A DNA stretch of 35,309 nucleotides from Welwitschia mirabilis. Lineage: Eukaryota. The stretch is taken from the NCBI GenBank assembly GCA_051453625.1, contig JBOZIK010000001.1:8177928-8213236 (forward strand), given 5' to 3'. The translations under genes were made by a program, and so were the position numbers. The notes beneath the pieces were generated by a model. The model worked only from the letters and a program-made list of their open reading frames with translations, was not told the origin of the DNA and did no database searches. This document shows, one piece after another, positions 1 to 12,796 of this stretch (the stretch's first letter is position 1; each line of letters opens with the position of its first letter).

Positions 1-688
1 CAGCTTGGCTATATCACTTTTAAACTAGAATTCTACTGCCTTGGAAGACTAAGTTGCTTATATCATCAGTGGTTTTCTACAGGGTAACCATGCAACCCTT
101 TCCAACAAGATACTTCCTTATGTATCTTTTTAGGCTAAGATTCAACCTTTGGCATAAACAATCTCAGAAGTGCGCCTCGATGCACTTAGTCCACTCTTTG
201 ATCTCGATGGTTTGGAAAATGCTCACATCAGATTTCTTTCAAACAACTTGAATAGAAGGTGCTGTGCTACATTACTGAAAATGTCCTCCCACGGTTTGTG
301 CACTTGTATTAAGGTAAAACGCTACTTAACAATTAGTTTAGCTAAATTGAGGATACTTATTAATTTATAACTGGATATAATGAAAATATTGTCATTAAAG
401 AATGCATTTAGTGAATGTGTTGAGCTAAACAGAGACTTTTGCTGCTAAGGCTGCTCCAATTTCATAAGGTAAAAACATATTAGTTGAATGACATGACAAG
501 CTGCTTCATGTTTCTTACTATTCCTTTTACTTCCCAAATTAACTTTCGCTGTTATAATCGTCATAAGAGGAATGGCATAGGTATGTGTTCTATCCTTTTT
601 TATTTCTTTGTATATGGTCTGTTATGTCATTTGTTACAAATGTGTAAATCTATCACGGTAATAATCTTCAAATTGTTCAAAATTGCAG

Positions 689-847
689 TCACTGCAGTAT
701 TCACCCTTGCTTATAAGCTTCAACCTTCAATTATTTTTATTGATGAAGTTGATAGTTTTCTGGGTCAGCGTCGTTCTACTGAGCATGAAGTTGTGACAAA
801 TATGAAGACAGAGTTTATGGCATTATGGGATGGTTTTACTACAGATC
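689..847 (+). CDS. MSP1: Internal exon of Msp1/ATAD1-like AAA+ ATPase (Walker B region)
   Basis: Translates (V)TAVFTLAYKLQPSIIFIDEVDSFLGQRRSTEHEVVTNMKTEFMALWDGFTTD(Q), containing Walker B IIFIDE and the MKTEFM.LWDG motif typical of Msp1/ATAD1. Acceptor TTGCAG ends at 688; donor GTAAGT starts at 848; phase 1 on both sides. Upstream exons (TM anchor, Walker A) were not found in the window. Confidence 0.9.
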
Positions 848-2363
848 GTAAGTTCCTGTCTATTGTTGCTTATTTGTTTGCTAATAGTACAGAAGTTTAA
901 ACATTCTGCAAGTGCCCATGTTGACAGCTTGGAAAAAAATAGATTTTTCAACTCACATATAAATGAAACACAACATTATAATTCTTGTGATTTACAAGAG
1001 GATCCTGCTGTGTGCATTTGTCATTTGTTTCATGAGAAATACAACTATTTATAGATGGCATTCCTAAAAATTTAAAATGTTATATTAACATAAAAAAATT
1101 CTGGTTGCCTAAACAATGGCCAGGGAAAAAAATAATGTCTGGTTTATCAAAGTGCTTATAGCAAAAGCTTTTTCTGCATTTGGAATGCATAATGTGTATT
1201 GACAATGCATAATAGCACATGGTGATCTGATAATTCACAAATTTCTTCACAGAAAGTTATAAGTGGATTTGTCAAATCACTTCAATGCTTGAATAGAAAA
1301 AGAATATTAAATTTCCGAAATTGGAATGTGCAATTTGCCTGTGTACACATTAAAAGCTGAAGTATAGGCTCTAATGTGACGGCTAAATTTTGAGCATTAG
1401 TATCATCTTTGAATAGCCAATATTAACTGAAATGAGTTCTACGTTTTGTTGAAATATTGCATGAATTAAGTTTTATTTTTATTTTTTTAAATTTCTACAT
1501 TACCGATGGCTTCTTCTAAAGAATAAGTACTTATCTTTTCAGACACACAGTTTGTAATCTCTTGATAAAGCATTTATGCAGTAAGAGCAAGGCTGCTGAT
1601 ACCATCTTTGGTTGATTCTCCATAAACTTCTCCATATATTGTAGAAACACCCTGAATTAATAACGTTATCTTCAAAAATATTGGAAGATTTGTGCTTTCC
1701 ATGCTAATAGCAAATTAGAAACATATTCACAATCTCATATTTCTTTTGAAGAGTTGCTCCTGATATTTCCTTAATTAGAACACAAGTTTTATAGAATGTT
1801 CAAGGTGAAGAAAAACAAACCTGCTCAATGTGAGCAAATAGGAGGGATGATGAGAGAATACATGGATTGCAAAGGCTATGAAATATGATGTTAGTGAGGA
1901 TATTTGAGAAACAAATTCCTATGACATGAATATTATCTTCCACACAATTTTCAGCATATTGTGTCTTAACCCTTGTATTGCATCAAGATGTGATAGTTTA
2001 ACTTGACTGATCTAAGGCCTCTTTCTTGGATCAAGTAAAATTTGTGTGGAATGTTGAAGGAAAGCAAATGTTGCTTATGAAGGAGAACCTATCCAACTCC
2101 CAAGATCACTAATTGAGAAGCTGATTGGGCAATGAGTCTTGCTTCATGATGAACAACACTAATATATGGATATTTTGGTTTCTATGCCATAATAGAGTCG
2201 TGCTTATAATTGAATGGGTTTGTGGTGCTTTAACATGGCATGATGATACTTTTCAAACTTACTTGTAAGATACAATCAATATGTATATGTGATAGCGTTT
2301 GTTTTCTTAGATTGCGTTATCATGTTTAAAATCTTTGGCAGGCACTAGATCTCACAGATGTAG

Positions 2364-2699
2364 CCAGTTTAGTTTTTGTTCAACATATGTGTTGATTGTC
2401 ATGATGACAAAACAAGCATGTCTTAGTCCTTCAAATTTGTCATTTTGCCTTTGGATGGTAATCTTTAGATCTTGTGATCTAAGCACATGATGAACATGTT
2501 TTTAGGATTATTTCTAGCTTGACTAATGAATCCAGTTCATTTTGTGTTCAATATCTATGTTGATTGTGATGTTGACACCACAAGCATATCTTTGTCCTTC
2601 AAATTTGATGGTTTCGTCTTTGAATAGTACTCTTTATTTTGTGATCTACGCACATGATGACCATGTTCTTAAGATTATTTCTAGCTTGATTAGTGAGTT
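2364..2699. repeat. Diverged tandem duplication, period about 168 bp (2 copies)
   Basis: Copies start CCAGTT at 2364 and 2532 and share GTTGATTGT, ACAAGCAT, GTCCTTCAAATTTG, TTGTGATCTA.GCACATGATGA.CATGTT and GATTATTTCTAGCTTGA in the same order. Confidence 0.85.
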
Positions 2700-3467
2700 T
2701 AGAATCCTTTTTGTTTGGTTCATTCTGTTGTAGAGGTCTTGATGAATGAGTAAGCCCTTGTTTCCCATTTCATTTTGAGGTCATTTGAGTTTTCATTTTG
2801 TTGTGTTTTTCCTACTTAGGTTATGACATTTCTCTTTGTAAAGTGCAACACCTCTCACTAAGTCTTGAAATTTCAATTTGAGACTCCATGGGCAACTGTC
2901 CTCTTGGACACCAATTTGACTTGATTTTGTTTTAATGTGAAACCAAATTCTATTCTTATTCCTTTGTTTGTTATATTCTTATGTTAACCCCGCATGATTG
3001 TGAAAGTTGGATTTGATTCTAAAATCACCCTGGGGTAGGTATTAAATAAATTGTAACTTAAAAAAGGGAATATAGTGGTTAGGAGCTATTTAAGGTTTTG
3101 CTGCATTACCCTAAGTCTCTTATCTATATGTAACCCTCGAGTCGTTGAGGGTGATAGGTGGGATGCTTCATGGGATCTTGTATACTTTGAAGCTTTTGGC
3201 TGTCAATAAGAGCTCTGCACTACTTTCCTAAGGAAGCAGGCTAGAAAAAGTGGTGTAACCTTGTTAAATGTAAAATCTTTTGTGCGCTTTATGTTTTTAT
3301 TTGTTCTTTTGCATCTCATTTTATGTTGTACGTGTTTTGATGACAAATTTGCATGAAAATAATCTCTTTGGCATGTTTGCAATTCTGTTTCAGTTTCACC
3401 CTCCTTGTTTGTGATTTCTTCTATCCATCCATCCCAATGATTAATAGGTAGCTATAGGGGTGACTTG

Positions 3468-3548
3468 TATCCCTGATAAAAGTGAGCCTACTTTTTTGAG
3501 GTGGGCAAGGTCCTTGGCTAAAAGGGTATCAGTTTGATAGTCAAAAAA
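3468..3548 (-). mobile_element. Displaced RNase H remainder of copia-B, left of copia-A
   Basis: Minus strand reads DYQTDTLLAKDLAH (compare copia DSQSAIHLAKN.AFH), followed by a frameshifted HFIRD-like stretch. No 3' LTR was recognised beyond it. Confidence 0.75.
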
Positions 3549-3941
3549 TTTTGTAAGTGAAGCCAAATCTTTTTAACTTATTTATTCCCTTTGCATTTTT
3601 TGATATTATATTTAAAAAATGTTGTTCCCTTCATATTGTAATTAATAATAATAATAATTTAAAATAGGAAGGAAGGGGAGTTAAGGAGGAGTCATCTAGA
3701 AAGTTCTAGTGGTTAGGGTTTCTAACCTAAAAGGAAATCTATATTAAGGGATTAAGGGAATGGTAGATGTATAAAAATAAGACAAATTGGTTATTGAGGA
3801 CTGCTTGTGTCCTTGCCGTTTCATCTGAATAAGAGAGCTTTGCATCGCTTTTGTGGTTTTTCACCGCACATTCGGGTTTTCCATGTAAATTGGTTATCTT
3901 GGCGTTTCTTTTTATGTTCTGCTGTGCTTTGTTTTTTAACA
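3549..3941 (+). repeat. 5' LTR of copia-A
   Basis: Colinear with 8244-8633. Begins TTTTGTAAGTGAAGCCAAATC (TG mutated to TT) and ends AACA two bases before the PBS. Confidence 0.92.
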
Positions 3942-3943
3942 AG

Positions 3944-3955
3944 TGGTATCAGAGC
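3944..3955 (+). other. Primer-binding site (tRNA-iMet) of copia-A
   Basis: TGGTATCAGAGC, the canonical plant initiator-Met PBS, 2 bp after the LTR-terminal CA. Confidence 0.93.
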
Positions 3956-6900
3956 TACGTTGATTTTAAGGGTTCGGTTAGCGACCTCTTAGACGAGCTT
4001 CTGAAGCAATCAGAGTAAGCTTGAAATTCCATATAGTCTACACAACGATGGAAGGCATCCATGTGATAGTACAATAAAGGGCTTGTAGTCGCATTTGCAA
4101 ATTGAACCGTTTGAAAAATAGAGAGGTTGTAGATGATAGAGAAACTCATGGGCTGGAACTAGAATGTTTGAAGCATTCTAATGAGGGTTGTTTTGGTTCA
4201 GAAAGATTGTCTAGAAGCCTTCAAGTCTTGTAAAACAATTTCTACAAAGAATGAAGACTGGATGAAAATGAAGACCAGACGTTTGTCCTACATTCGTCCA
4301 AGTCTCAACAATGGCATCCTACAATCCATTAAATTCGTTGTGGAGCCCCATGATCTTTGGCAAGGCCTGAAAAATAGGTTAGGTAAAGCTTTTGCTCTAA
4401 ATACTTTTCATATTCATTGGAGGGTTTTTAAAGCTGAGTAAAAGGTAAACGTTTCTTTAGAAAATCATTTGGATGAGATGATGGCTAACTTGATTAAGTT
4501 AGAAGAATATAAACCTATTATTCTAGATTTCATAAGATCTTATGCTCTTTGAGGTTCCCCACCAGAGTCATGGTTTACTGTATTGATCTTAATCACTGCA
4601 TCCATGATGTTCTTGCAATGACTTTTGAATAGGTTGTTTCTACCTTACAATATTTTGAGGGTGGATTGATTGAATCACAGACATCTGAAGGTGCCATGTG
4701 GTAGAAAATAAAGGTCGGAACCATAGATGCAATCAAAGCAGTGGGAGAAACAAAAGCAGGGGGTATGCAATGGTAGAAATCTAGAGTGCTAGTTTGGCAA
4801 GAAAAGGGCCACAAACAGAAGGACTCTTATGCATGGAAATCAAAACAAAAGGAGAAGTTCAAAAAGGTAAAAAACAAAAGCGTCTTCTTCCTAGGTGAAT
4901 CAAGCAAAAGATGGTGTTAGTTTTCTTCTATCAGAACCATGTGCTTTCTTGATAAAAAAGACAAGGCAAGGATGTATGGTTGATTGACACAGGTGCCTCT
5001 TTTCATCATTGTCTCGATTGTTCTACATTCTCATCATATCATACTAGTTCATCGGGAGTTGTTTATGCCGCAAACGGAAAACCCTTGAATATTGCTAGTG
5101 CAGGAAGCAGAGTCTTGTAGCATGCAGGGATGCTAAAATCACAATCAACAATGTTCACCATGTTCCAAAAGTGACAAAGAAGGTCATTTCAGTTACATAG
5201 CTAAATGATTTGGATATGCTCTTTTCCAGTAAGAGAGGAAGTTGGAAAATTTGTATGGGAATCTGACTATTTTGTATGGCGAAAAAGAAAGGCAGTATGT
5301 ACATGCTAGAGGCTGATGTATGTCAGGTAGCTACTGCTATTAGAGAATGCAGAGGATGCTAATCTTTGGCATAAACGTCTTGGACACATTGGAAACTCCG
5401 GTTTGAAGGTACTATAATCTCAATCCCTCATANNNNNNNNNNNNNNNNNNNNNNNNNNNNNNNNNNNNNNNNNNNNNNNNNNNNNNNNNNNNNNNNNNNN
5501 NNNNNNNNNNNNNNNNNNNNNNNNNNNNNNNNCAATCCCTCATAACTGTGTTTTCACATACTTCTATAGACTTTTATAAAGATTGTTTGTTTGGGAAATC
5601 TAGAAGGGTTAATTTTTGTAGGGACTTACAAAATTGAAAGAATAATAAATTTGAATTAATTTATTCTAATGTTTATGGTCCAATGAATCCTATTTCTGTT
5701 GGCGGTTCTCTGTATTTTGTGACATTTATTGGACTGTACACGAAAGATTTGGGTATATGCATTAACATCAAAATATGAAGTTTTGAAAGTTTTTAAATCT
5801 TTTGGTACCAGGGTACAAACTCAAATAGATTTGAGGTTAACATTTTGCTTATTAACAATGGAGGAGAGTATACCTCTAATGTGTTAGCAAAATTTTGCAG
5901 TTACAAAGTGATTTATCATGTTCGTACCCCTCCTAGCACACCTCAAGAAAATGGCATTGTTGGAAGATGTAAGAGAACGTTGTTGGAATGTGATAGATCT
6001 ATGGTAGTAGGAGCAATTTATCTAAGGATTTCATGGTAGAAGTAGTGATGACTGCTACCTATTTGGTTAATAGGTCTCCACATCCTCTCTTAATAATGCT
6101 GTTCCAGAAATTGTGTGGAATGGTAAGAATGTCTCTTACGAGCATTTAAGAATTTATGGATGTGAGGCTTATATGCATATTCAGAAGGAATATAGAACTA
6201 AGCTATAGGAAAGAGCGAAATAGTGTATTTTCGTTAACTATGGTGAGGATGCTCTTGGCTACATACTGCAGGATCTTGAAACCAATCAAATGGTGAGATC
6301 ACGAGATGTCAAGTTCTGAGTGCATGTGATGTTTTATGTTTCTCAGGATGGGAAGCAGACAAATTTCGATTTTGGCTCCCCACATTTGTCTTGCATGATA
6401 AGAGATGAAAAAGAAGTGCAAGAAGTAGAGTAACTTATTGAAACTAACAACACAGATTTGGAAAGCAATGAGACATCTTCTGATGAAGAGCAAGAAGAGC
6501 AGGAACAACCCATTGACACATCTCATCGGCTAAGACGTTCTACTAGAACTTCTTGTCCCTCTGATAGATATTCTACTTCATTGCAATATGTTTTTTACAG
6601 TAATAGTGGAGAACCAAAAATAGTTGAAGAAGAGTTTTCTTGTGTTGATGTTGCCAAGTGAAAGGCAACTATGAAGGATGAATGGAAATCTTTGAAAGAA
6701 AATAATACATGAGAATTGGTGAATTTGCCAAAGGGGCATAAAGTTCTCTATAGTAGGTGGATTTTCAAATTGAAAGATGAGGCAAATGAAAAGAAATGTT
6801 ACAAGAGGAGGTTGCTAGTGAAAGGCCACACTCAAAAGCAAGGTATTGATTTTACTGAGATATTCTCTCCTATGGGAAGCATTCCTCCCTATGTTTAGTC

Positions 6901-8243
6901 CTTTCTCTTGGTGCTTGCTTGGATTTAGAATTGGAACAGTTAGATATAAAGACTGTCTTCTTGGATGCTGATTTGGACAAGGAAGTCTATTTAACTTGAA
7001 GGGTATGTGGATAAGCAATACCCTGTTCTTGTTTGTCGTTTAAAGTAGAGTCTTTATGGTCTAAAATAGGGCCCAAGACAAAGGTATAAGAAGTTTGACA
7101 TGTTGCATGAAGAAATTGTCATGAGGAGTCAGTTAGATCATTATGTTTACTTCTTTGGAAGTGCCTCAGATAAATTTGTTACCCTACTATTGTATGTTGA
7201 TGACATGTTGATTGCAAGAAATGATAAAGCTAAAATTAAGCATTTGAAGGCAAAAATGAGCAAGCAATTTGCAATGAAAAATTAGGGGTAGGCAAACAAA
7301 ATTTTAGGGATGAAAAGTCATAGGGACCAAAAACAAAAGAAGATGTGGCTCAACCAAAGTGACTACATTGGCAAGGTGCTTGGACGTTTTGGCATGAAAG
7401 ATGCCAAACTAGTGAACACTCCTCTAGCTTCTTATTTCTAGCTTTGCAGAAAAGATTGCCCTAACTCACAAGAAGAAATTGCAAAAGTGGAGCATATCCC
7501 CTATACATTTGCAGTAGGATCTCTCATGTGTGCTATGGTATGCACACATTCTGACATTGCATATGCAATTGGAATGGTTAGTAAATACATGAATAATTTT
7601 GGTTGGAATCATCGGCTTGCTATGAAATGGATTTTTAGATATTTGAAGGGTACACAAATGGCTTGTTTGTGTTCTGATAATGAAGATTTATGCATCCAAG
7701 GCTTTGTGGATGCTAAATTTCTTACAGATTTAGATAGTAGACATTCTACTACAAGTTATGTACGGGTTATGTCTTTACACTGGGTGGAGGAACAATTAGC
7801 TGCTTATCATGCCTTCAATCATTAGCGATGTTGTCTCCCACAAAGGCGGAATATGTGGCTCTCATAGCAGCATGGGAAGAAATGATTTGGTTGCATAGGT
7901 TTCTCCATTCCCTTGGATTGAAACGAAAAAGGTATTATGTGTTTTGTAATAGCTGAAACGCTATACACTTGGCAAAGAATTTTGCATTCCATGCAAGAAC
8001 AAAACACATTGACATCATGTTTCACTTTGTGTGAGAAATTGTTGAAATTGGGCTAATTAATATACAAAAAAATACATGCGAAGTCAAATGTTGCTGATGC
8101 TCTTACAAAGGTAATGACAGTGGATAAGCATAACTTTTGCAAGAAAAGCTTGGAATTGCAGTGATGTAGGCAATGGGCATTTGAAGCAATGCATCTCTCT
8201 TGTTTCCTTGAAGCTTATCTGATTTGTCTTCAAAGGGGAGAAT

Positions 8244-8633
8244 TGTTGGAAGTGAAGTCAAATCTTTTTGTGTTGTTTATTCCCTTTGTGTTTTTTGATG
8301 TTATATTTAAAAGATGTATTTTCTTTCTTGCTATAGTTAAAATAATGATAATTAAGGAAAGTAGGGGAATTAAAAAGGAGTCATTTAAAAAGTTCTAATA
8401 GTTAGGGTTGCTATCTTAAAAGAAAATCTATATAAAGAGAATAGGGGTATGGTAGATGTATAGAAATAAATGGATTGGTTATTGAGGATGGCTTGTGTCC
8501 TTGCCCTTTCATCTTCAGTAAGAAAGCTCTACATTGCTTTTGTGGGTTTTCACCCTGCATTGGGGTTTTCCACGTAAATTCGTTGTCTTGCTGTTTTTTT
8601 AAAGTTCTGCTTTGCTTCGTTTTTTTCACAACA
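8244..8633 (+). repeat. 3' LTR of copia-A (PPT at 8232-8242)
   Basis: Polypurine tract AAAGGGGAGAA, then T, then TGTTGGAAGTGAAGTCAAATC ... ending CACAACA. Confidence 0.92.
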
Positions 8634-11600
8634 CAAAAGCCGTACAGCTTTTGTTTAAGTGTCAAGGAATGAAGGAATCTTTGCAACTACAACATTTCCT
8701 TGCAAGCTTTTGCTAATGCCACATATTTTGCTTCAGTGGTTGACAATGTTATCAAGGTTGAAGCCTTGGTAACTAGCTGATTCTTCCACCGACACAAAGG
8801 TAAAACTTTGCATCCACAAAACTGTGAATGTTTAAATGACCAGTATGGACGCACAAACCTATTGTGTGGGTACCACCCAACCACCTTAAGATCAACTTCA
8901 CTGGCTGGAATTGGTTCCAGCCCTAATTCCCATGAACCTGTTGATAACTTCCATTGCACATCCTAGTTTTAGATATATAGAAAGCATGGCATACATTAAG
9001 GACCCTGTTGCTGATGCATATGGAACATTTTCACCTCTTTAACCTCCTCTGTTGTCTTTGGACAATTTGTTTTTGACAGCTGAAATTTAGCAGCTAATGG
9101 AGTTTTGATAGGCTTGACATCTTGCATACTGGATCATTCCAACACCTTTCAAACATAGTCACTTTGTCCAACCAAAGCTTCTTTTGCTTTCTGTCACTTA
9201 TAATTTTCCTTCCTAATATTTGTTTTGCTTTCTCCAAGTCCTCCATGGCAGAATGCTTTTTCATTTTTGTCTTTAATTTGCTGATTTCATGACTGCCATT
9301 ACCAACAACTAACATGTCATCAATGTGTCGTCGTATTATAAGAGTTACCTGTTATACATTAGAGAAGTATACATAGTGGTCCATTTCACCTATCTTGTAT
9401 GACAGGCCATGCATAAATATGGTAAACTTTCCGCGTCATGTTTGGAGCTTATTTTAAACTGTAAAGACCTACAAGCTAGATTTGGATGTTGTGGTTGGCA
9501 CATGTAGATTTCCTAATTCAAATCAGCATAGAGGAATATTGTCTTGATGTTGACCTGTCTTGGCTCCAACTCCAACCAAGCAACAAGAGACAACGCCAAT
9601 GAATTGAAGAATGTTTTGACACCAAGAGAGAGAATTTCAGTGAAATCTATAGCCATGTTTTGTGCAAAGCCTTTTACCTCCCATGTTACCTTTGTACGTT
9701 TTCTTCTCGTGTGCCTTTTCCTTGCTTCTAAGATCCACATAGTATGTAGAATTTTATGGCCCTTTGGAAGTTCAATAAGTTGCGTGTTTTGTTCTGCTAA
9801 CAGGAACACCATTTTTCACCCTTAGATTCCTTCCGCTTTGCTTCTTCAATACTACATGGTGCCTTTTTTTGAGCTTTCCACCATTCGTGTACATGACATA
9901 ATGCAAAGGAGAGTACTTGCCCAAAAGACAAAATATTCTAGATAAATGTCGTACACAATGAGAGGTCTCAAGATGTTGTTCTTGTTCTTCCTCATCATTG
10001 TCATTTGAAGGTACTTTCATCAATCATACCATCATTCCCACTTTACTAGATTCATCTTGATTCTTATCTTGATTGACATAATATATCACATTTTTCTTGA
10101 CCTCACATCGCATGAGTAGACAGGCAGCCTAGTTTTAGGAACCCACAATCTATAGCGGATGTTGTCTTGATCGTAACCTATTAGAATGCACCTTTCAGTT
10201 ATGTCTTGTAGGTTTGTCCTGTTTTCCTTGTGGACGTGCGTGTGTACATTACAACCAAAGACCTTTATGTTAATAGAATTCCATTCCGTTCCACAAAAAA
10301 TTTCAAAACTCAATTGTCTAAACTGGAATGAGAAGATCTATTTAGTAAGTGTCTGTTGAGGAGACCTAGCACTTTTCAAGAACGTTCTACTAGATTTTCA
10401 AACCATTCCATTTTCTTGGGGAGTGCTTGGAGGAGGATGTATGTGTCTGAATTCCTTTTCTTTTCAAAATCGAGGCAACTTGTTGGAAGGTATTTCCCTC
10501 TAATATCAATAAGGAGGAATTTAAATTTTAAACTCGTTTGCATTTCAAGTCCTGTTAAAAGGACAAAGGATGCTACAGTTACCTTGTCCTTTGATTTGAA
10601 AATGTAAACTCATGCTTTATGAGTATAGTTGTTTATGAACCTAACAAAGTATGAACCACTAAGCCCGGTAGAATGCAATGGACTATATAGAGACGAAAAT
10701 AAACAAGTTCTAGCTTGTTTGTTTTTCCTGTTTCTAAATCTCTACAAAATTAACTCTATGGAACTTTTCAACAATACAAGCTTTACAAAAATCTAGAGCA
10801 TTATAAGAACATGAAGGTATTAAAGAATGAGATTCAAGAATATCTTCAAACTTGTCTATGCAATGTGTCCCAAAGATTGTGCAATGTGTCCATTCTTATT
10901 TCTTGCTTCAGCTACAATAGCAACATATCTTTGCACTTGTTCTTCCAAGACGTACATGTTGCTAGTCTTCTTTCCATGTAACATAGTAAGTATGCCCTTC
11001 TTGATTTTTAATTTTCCATCTCCACTGGAAAAATGCAATCCCTACTGATCCCATTGTGTGATAGAAATTAATCTTTAGGTAACTGCATGCACATGTTTCA
11101 CATTACGAACATTAATTTTGGGGTTTCTTGGTTGCTATAACACTATGCTATCAATCCTACCAACCTTTGACACACGGCCATTTGTAGCATAGACGATATT
11201 GAAGGATACTAACTGATCTAATATGACCTTTATTTTTTTGGGACATATATGAAAGGATTTCCATGCATCAATGAGTTAGACATTGTCATATCCTTGTGAG
11301 TTGTGACAACTATACACATGGTTTTGTGACATAAAGTTTAGACCACCTTCTCCTTTCACCTAATTTGCTAGGGATTAGAGGCTTTGTCAAACTCCTTTTT
11401 AGCTTTCCTCACATGCCCTTTTTTTGGCTAGGTCTTCCATGCTAACATTCCTTCTTGGTATGCCCCTTATTTTCGTACCTCTAGCATTCGATGTTTTGCC
11501 ACACGATGGTCCTCTTATCTTGCTTTTGCTTCTCCTTTGGTCATGTTCGCTACCTTTGCCACCGTTTTTAGGCACAAGGCACTTTTTGTACATTGTATCT

Positions 11601-12344
11601 CTTTCATTTTCTATTCTACAGCTTCAAGGATGGAGATCACTTGGTCAAATGTCATGATTGTAATCTTCAAAGACATAGTGATGGATGTCACTATTGTTGA
11701 CCATGATTTCTGGGAAGGAATGGACTAGTGCATAGCTTTTTATATGATCTAGAATAACAATGCCACGTTCCTCTAACAATTTAACTTAATGAGGATTGTA
11801 ATCACTTCATCTAGTTAATCTTATAATGGGAACCTTGGTTGCGTCTCTCCTTTAATGACCTTTAGATAAACATGAAATGTATTCATCCTAGAAGCTTTAC
11901 CACTTGTTTTTTAGCTTTCCCCAAGAGCACAAGGCTTTGTTTCATTCTTGATGAATTGCAAGATATCATTACTCAGGCTACGCCGGATATAGGATGTCTT
12001 TGCTTGCATTTTCATCCAATATCATCCCCTTCATTGATCTTAGCTTAATTGGCTGAAGCTATTCAATATAATCTTTCTATGCTAATATGGCCTTTATCAA
12101 AATGCTCTAGACATTCTAGTTTTGTGTTTTGACAAAGTTTGTTCATTGTTCATAGTCTTTCCATTTTGGCAGTTTCGCCTATACAACACTAAAAACCTGA
12201 AGGGAAAACAAGTTTTATGGACAACTAAAAATGGGGATATGGATGCCAAAATGTTTTTTACTCGCTGGCTCAAAATGGGTTGTTCCCGTTGGTAGGTTTT
12301 ATCCACCTACAAACTCTAATCAACTGAGCTCCTTTGATATCAAT

Positions 12345-12796
12345 TGTTATAAGTTTATGCTGCAAAATTGTAAAAAGAATAGCTAAAAGAACAGCAAAGA
12401 TTTATGTGGAAAACCCTAATGTAGAGAGAGAATATGAGAATAGTGTATAGAGAGACCATGAGAACAGTGTAGAGATTTTTGTGACTAGGTAACACAATGT
12501 AACCCAAGGACACAAGCGGTCCTTGATAGCTTGAGTAGTAAGTCAAACCCAAGAATGATTGCCAACACGAAATCCTAATCAATGATTGCCAACACGAAAT
12601 CCTAATCAACATGTGGATATCTTCTACCCTAGATTGCCTTCATATAGTTTTCTCTTAGGGTTGCCAATCCTAATCTCACATAGACATTATAATAGATAGA
12701 AAGTCACACCTTAGATAAGTCTTTCCTTTTTTAAATAGCAATCCTAAAAATTAAAAAATAAATCATATAAGGAAGATTTGGCTTCACTATTTAATA
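12345..12796 (-). repeat. 5' LTR of copia-B
   Basis: Minus strand starts TATTAAATAGTGAAGCCAAATC, contains GGGTTTTCCACATAAAT and ends ATAACA before the PBS. These are the same terminal motifs as in the copia-A LTRs. Confidence 0.82.
12554..12607. repeat. Perfect 27-bp tandem duplication inside copia-B LTR
   Basis: AATGATTGCCAACACGAAATCCTAATC twice (12554-12580, 12581-12607). Confidence 0.95.

Larger units (their letters stand above)
3549..8633 (+). mobile_element. Full-length decayed Ty1/copia LTR retrotransposon (copia-A)
   Basis: Two LTRs, PBS, PPT and degenerate TSD (AAAAA 3544-3548, CAAAA 8634-8638). Domain order is copia-type: gag (~4140), Zn-knuckle remnant (~4790-4830), protease WLIDTGAS (4977-5000), LWHKRLGH (~5364), integrase NNGGEY / PQENG (5850-5960), RT YVDDM (7193-7207), RNase H (~7830-8110). 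Many stops and frameshifts. Confidence 0.95.
8634..12796 (-). mobile_element. Decayed Ty1/copia element (copia-B), main body with 5' LTR; interrupted by copia-A
   Basis: On the minus strand: LTR 12796-12345, degenerate PBS TGATATCAAAGG (12342-12331), gag remnants, protease-like LIDA (~11270), KVFGC and CILIGY..IRYRLW (10086-10313 ORF), VKGFAQ..IDFTEI (9513-9812 ORF), RT HIDDML (9327-9311), RNase H TLSTTEAKYVAL (~8750-8710). Confidence 0.92.

Noticed and set aside
202..254. SRWFG resembling the AAA pore-loop SKWFG, as a possible upstream exon
   Set aside because: In-frame stops immediately upstream (187, 199), and the following residues do not resemble DAQKL. Chance match.
484..688. N-terminal part of ORF 484-900 as coding
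   Set aside because: Intronic read-through. AAA similarity starts only after the acceptor at 688 and ends at the donor at 848.
3424..3432. TCCAT matching the 5 bp flanking the copia-B LTR (12797-12801), as a TSD
   Set aside because: No 3' LTR terminus is adjacent, and a 5-mer match in this range is plausible by chance.
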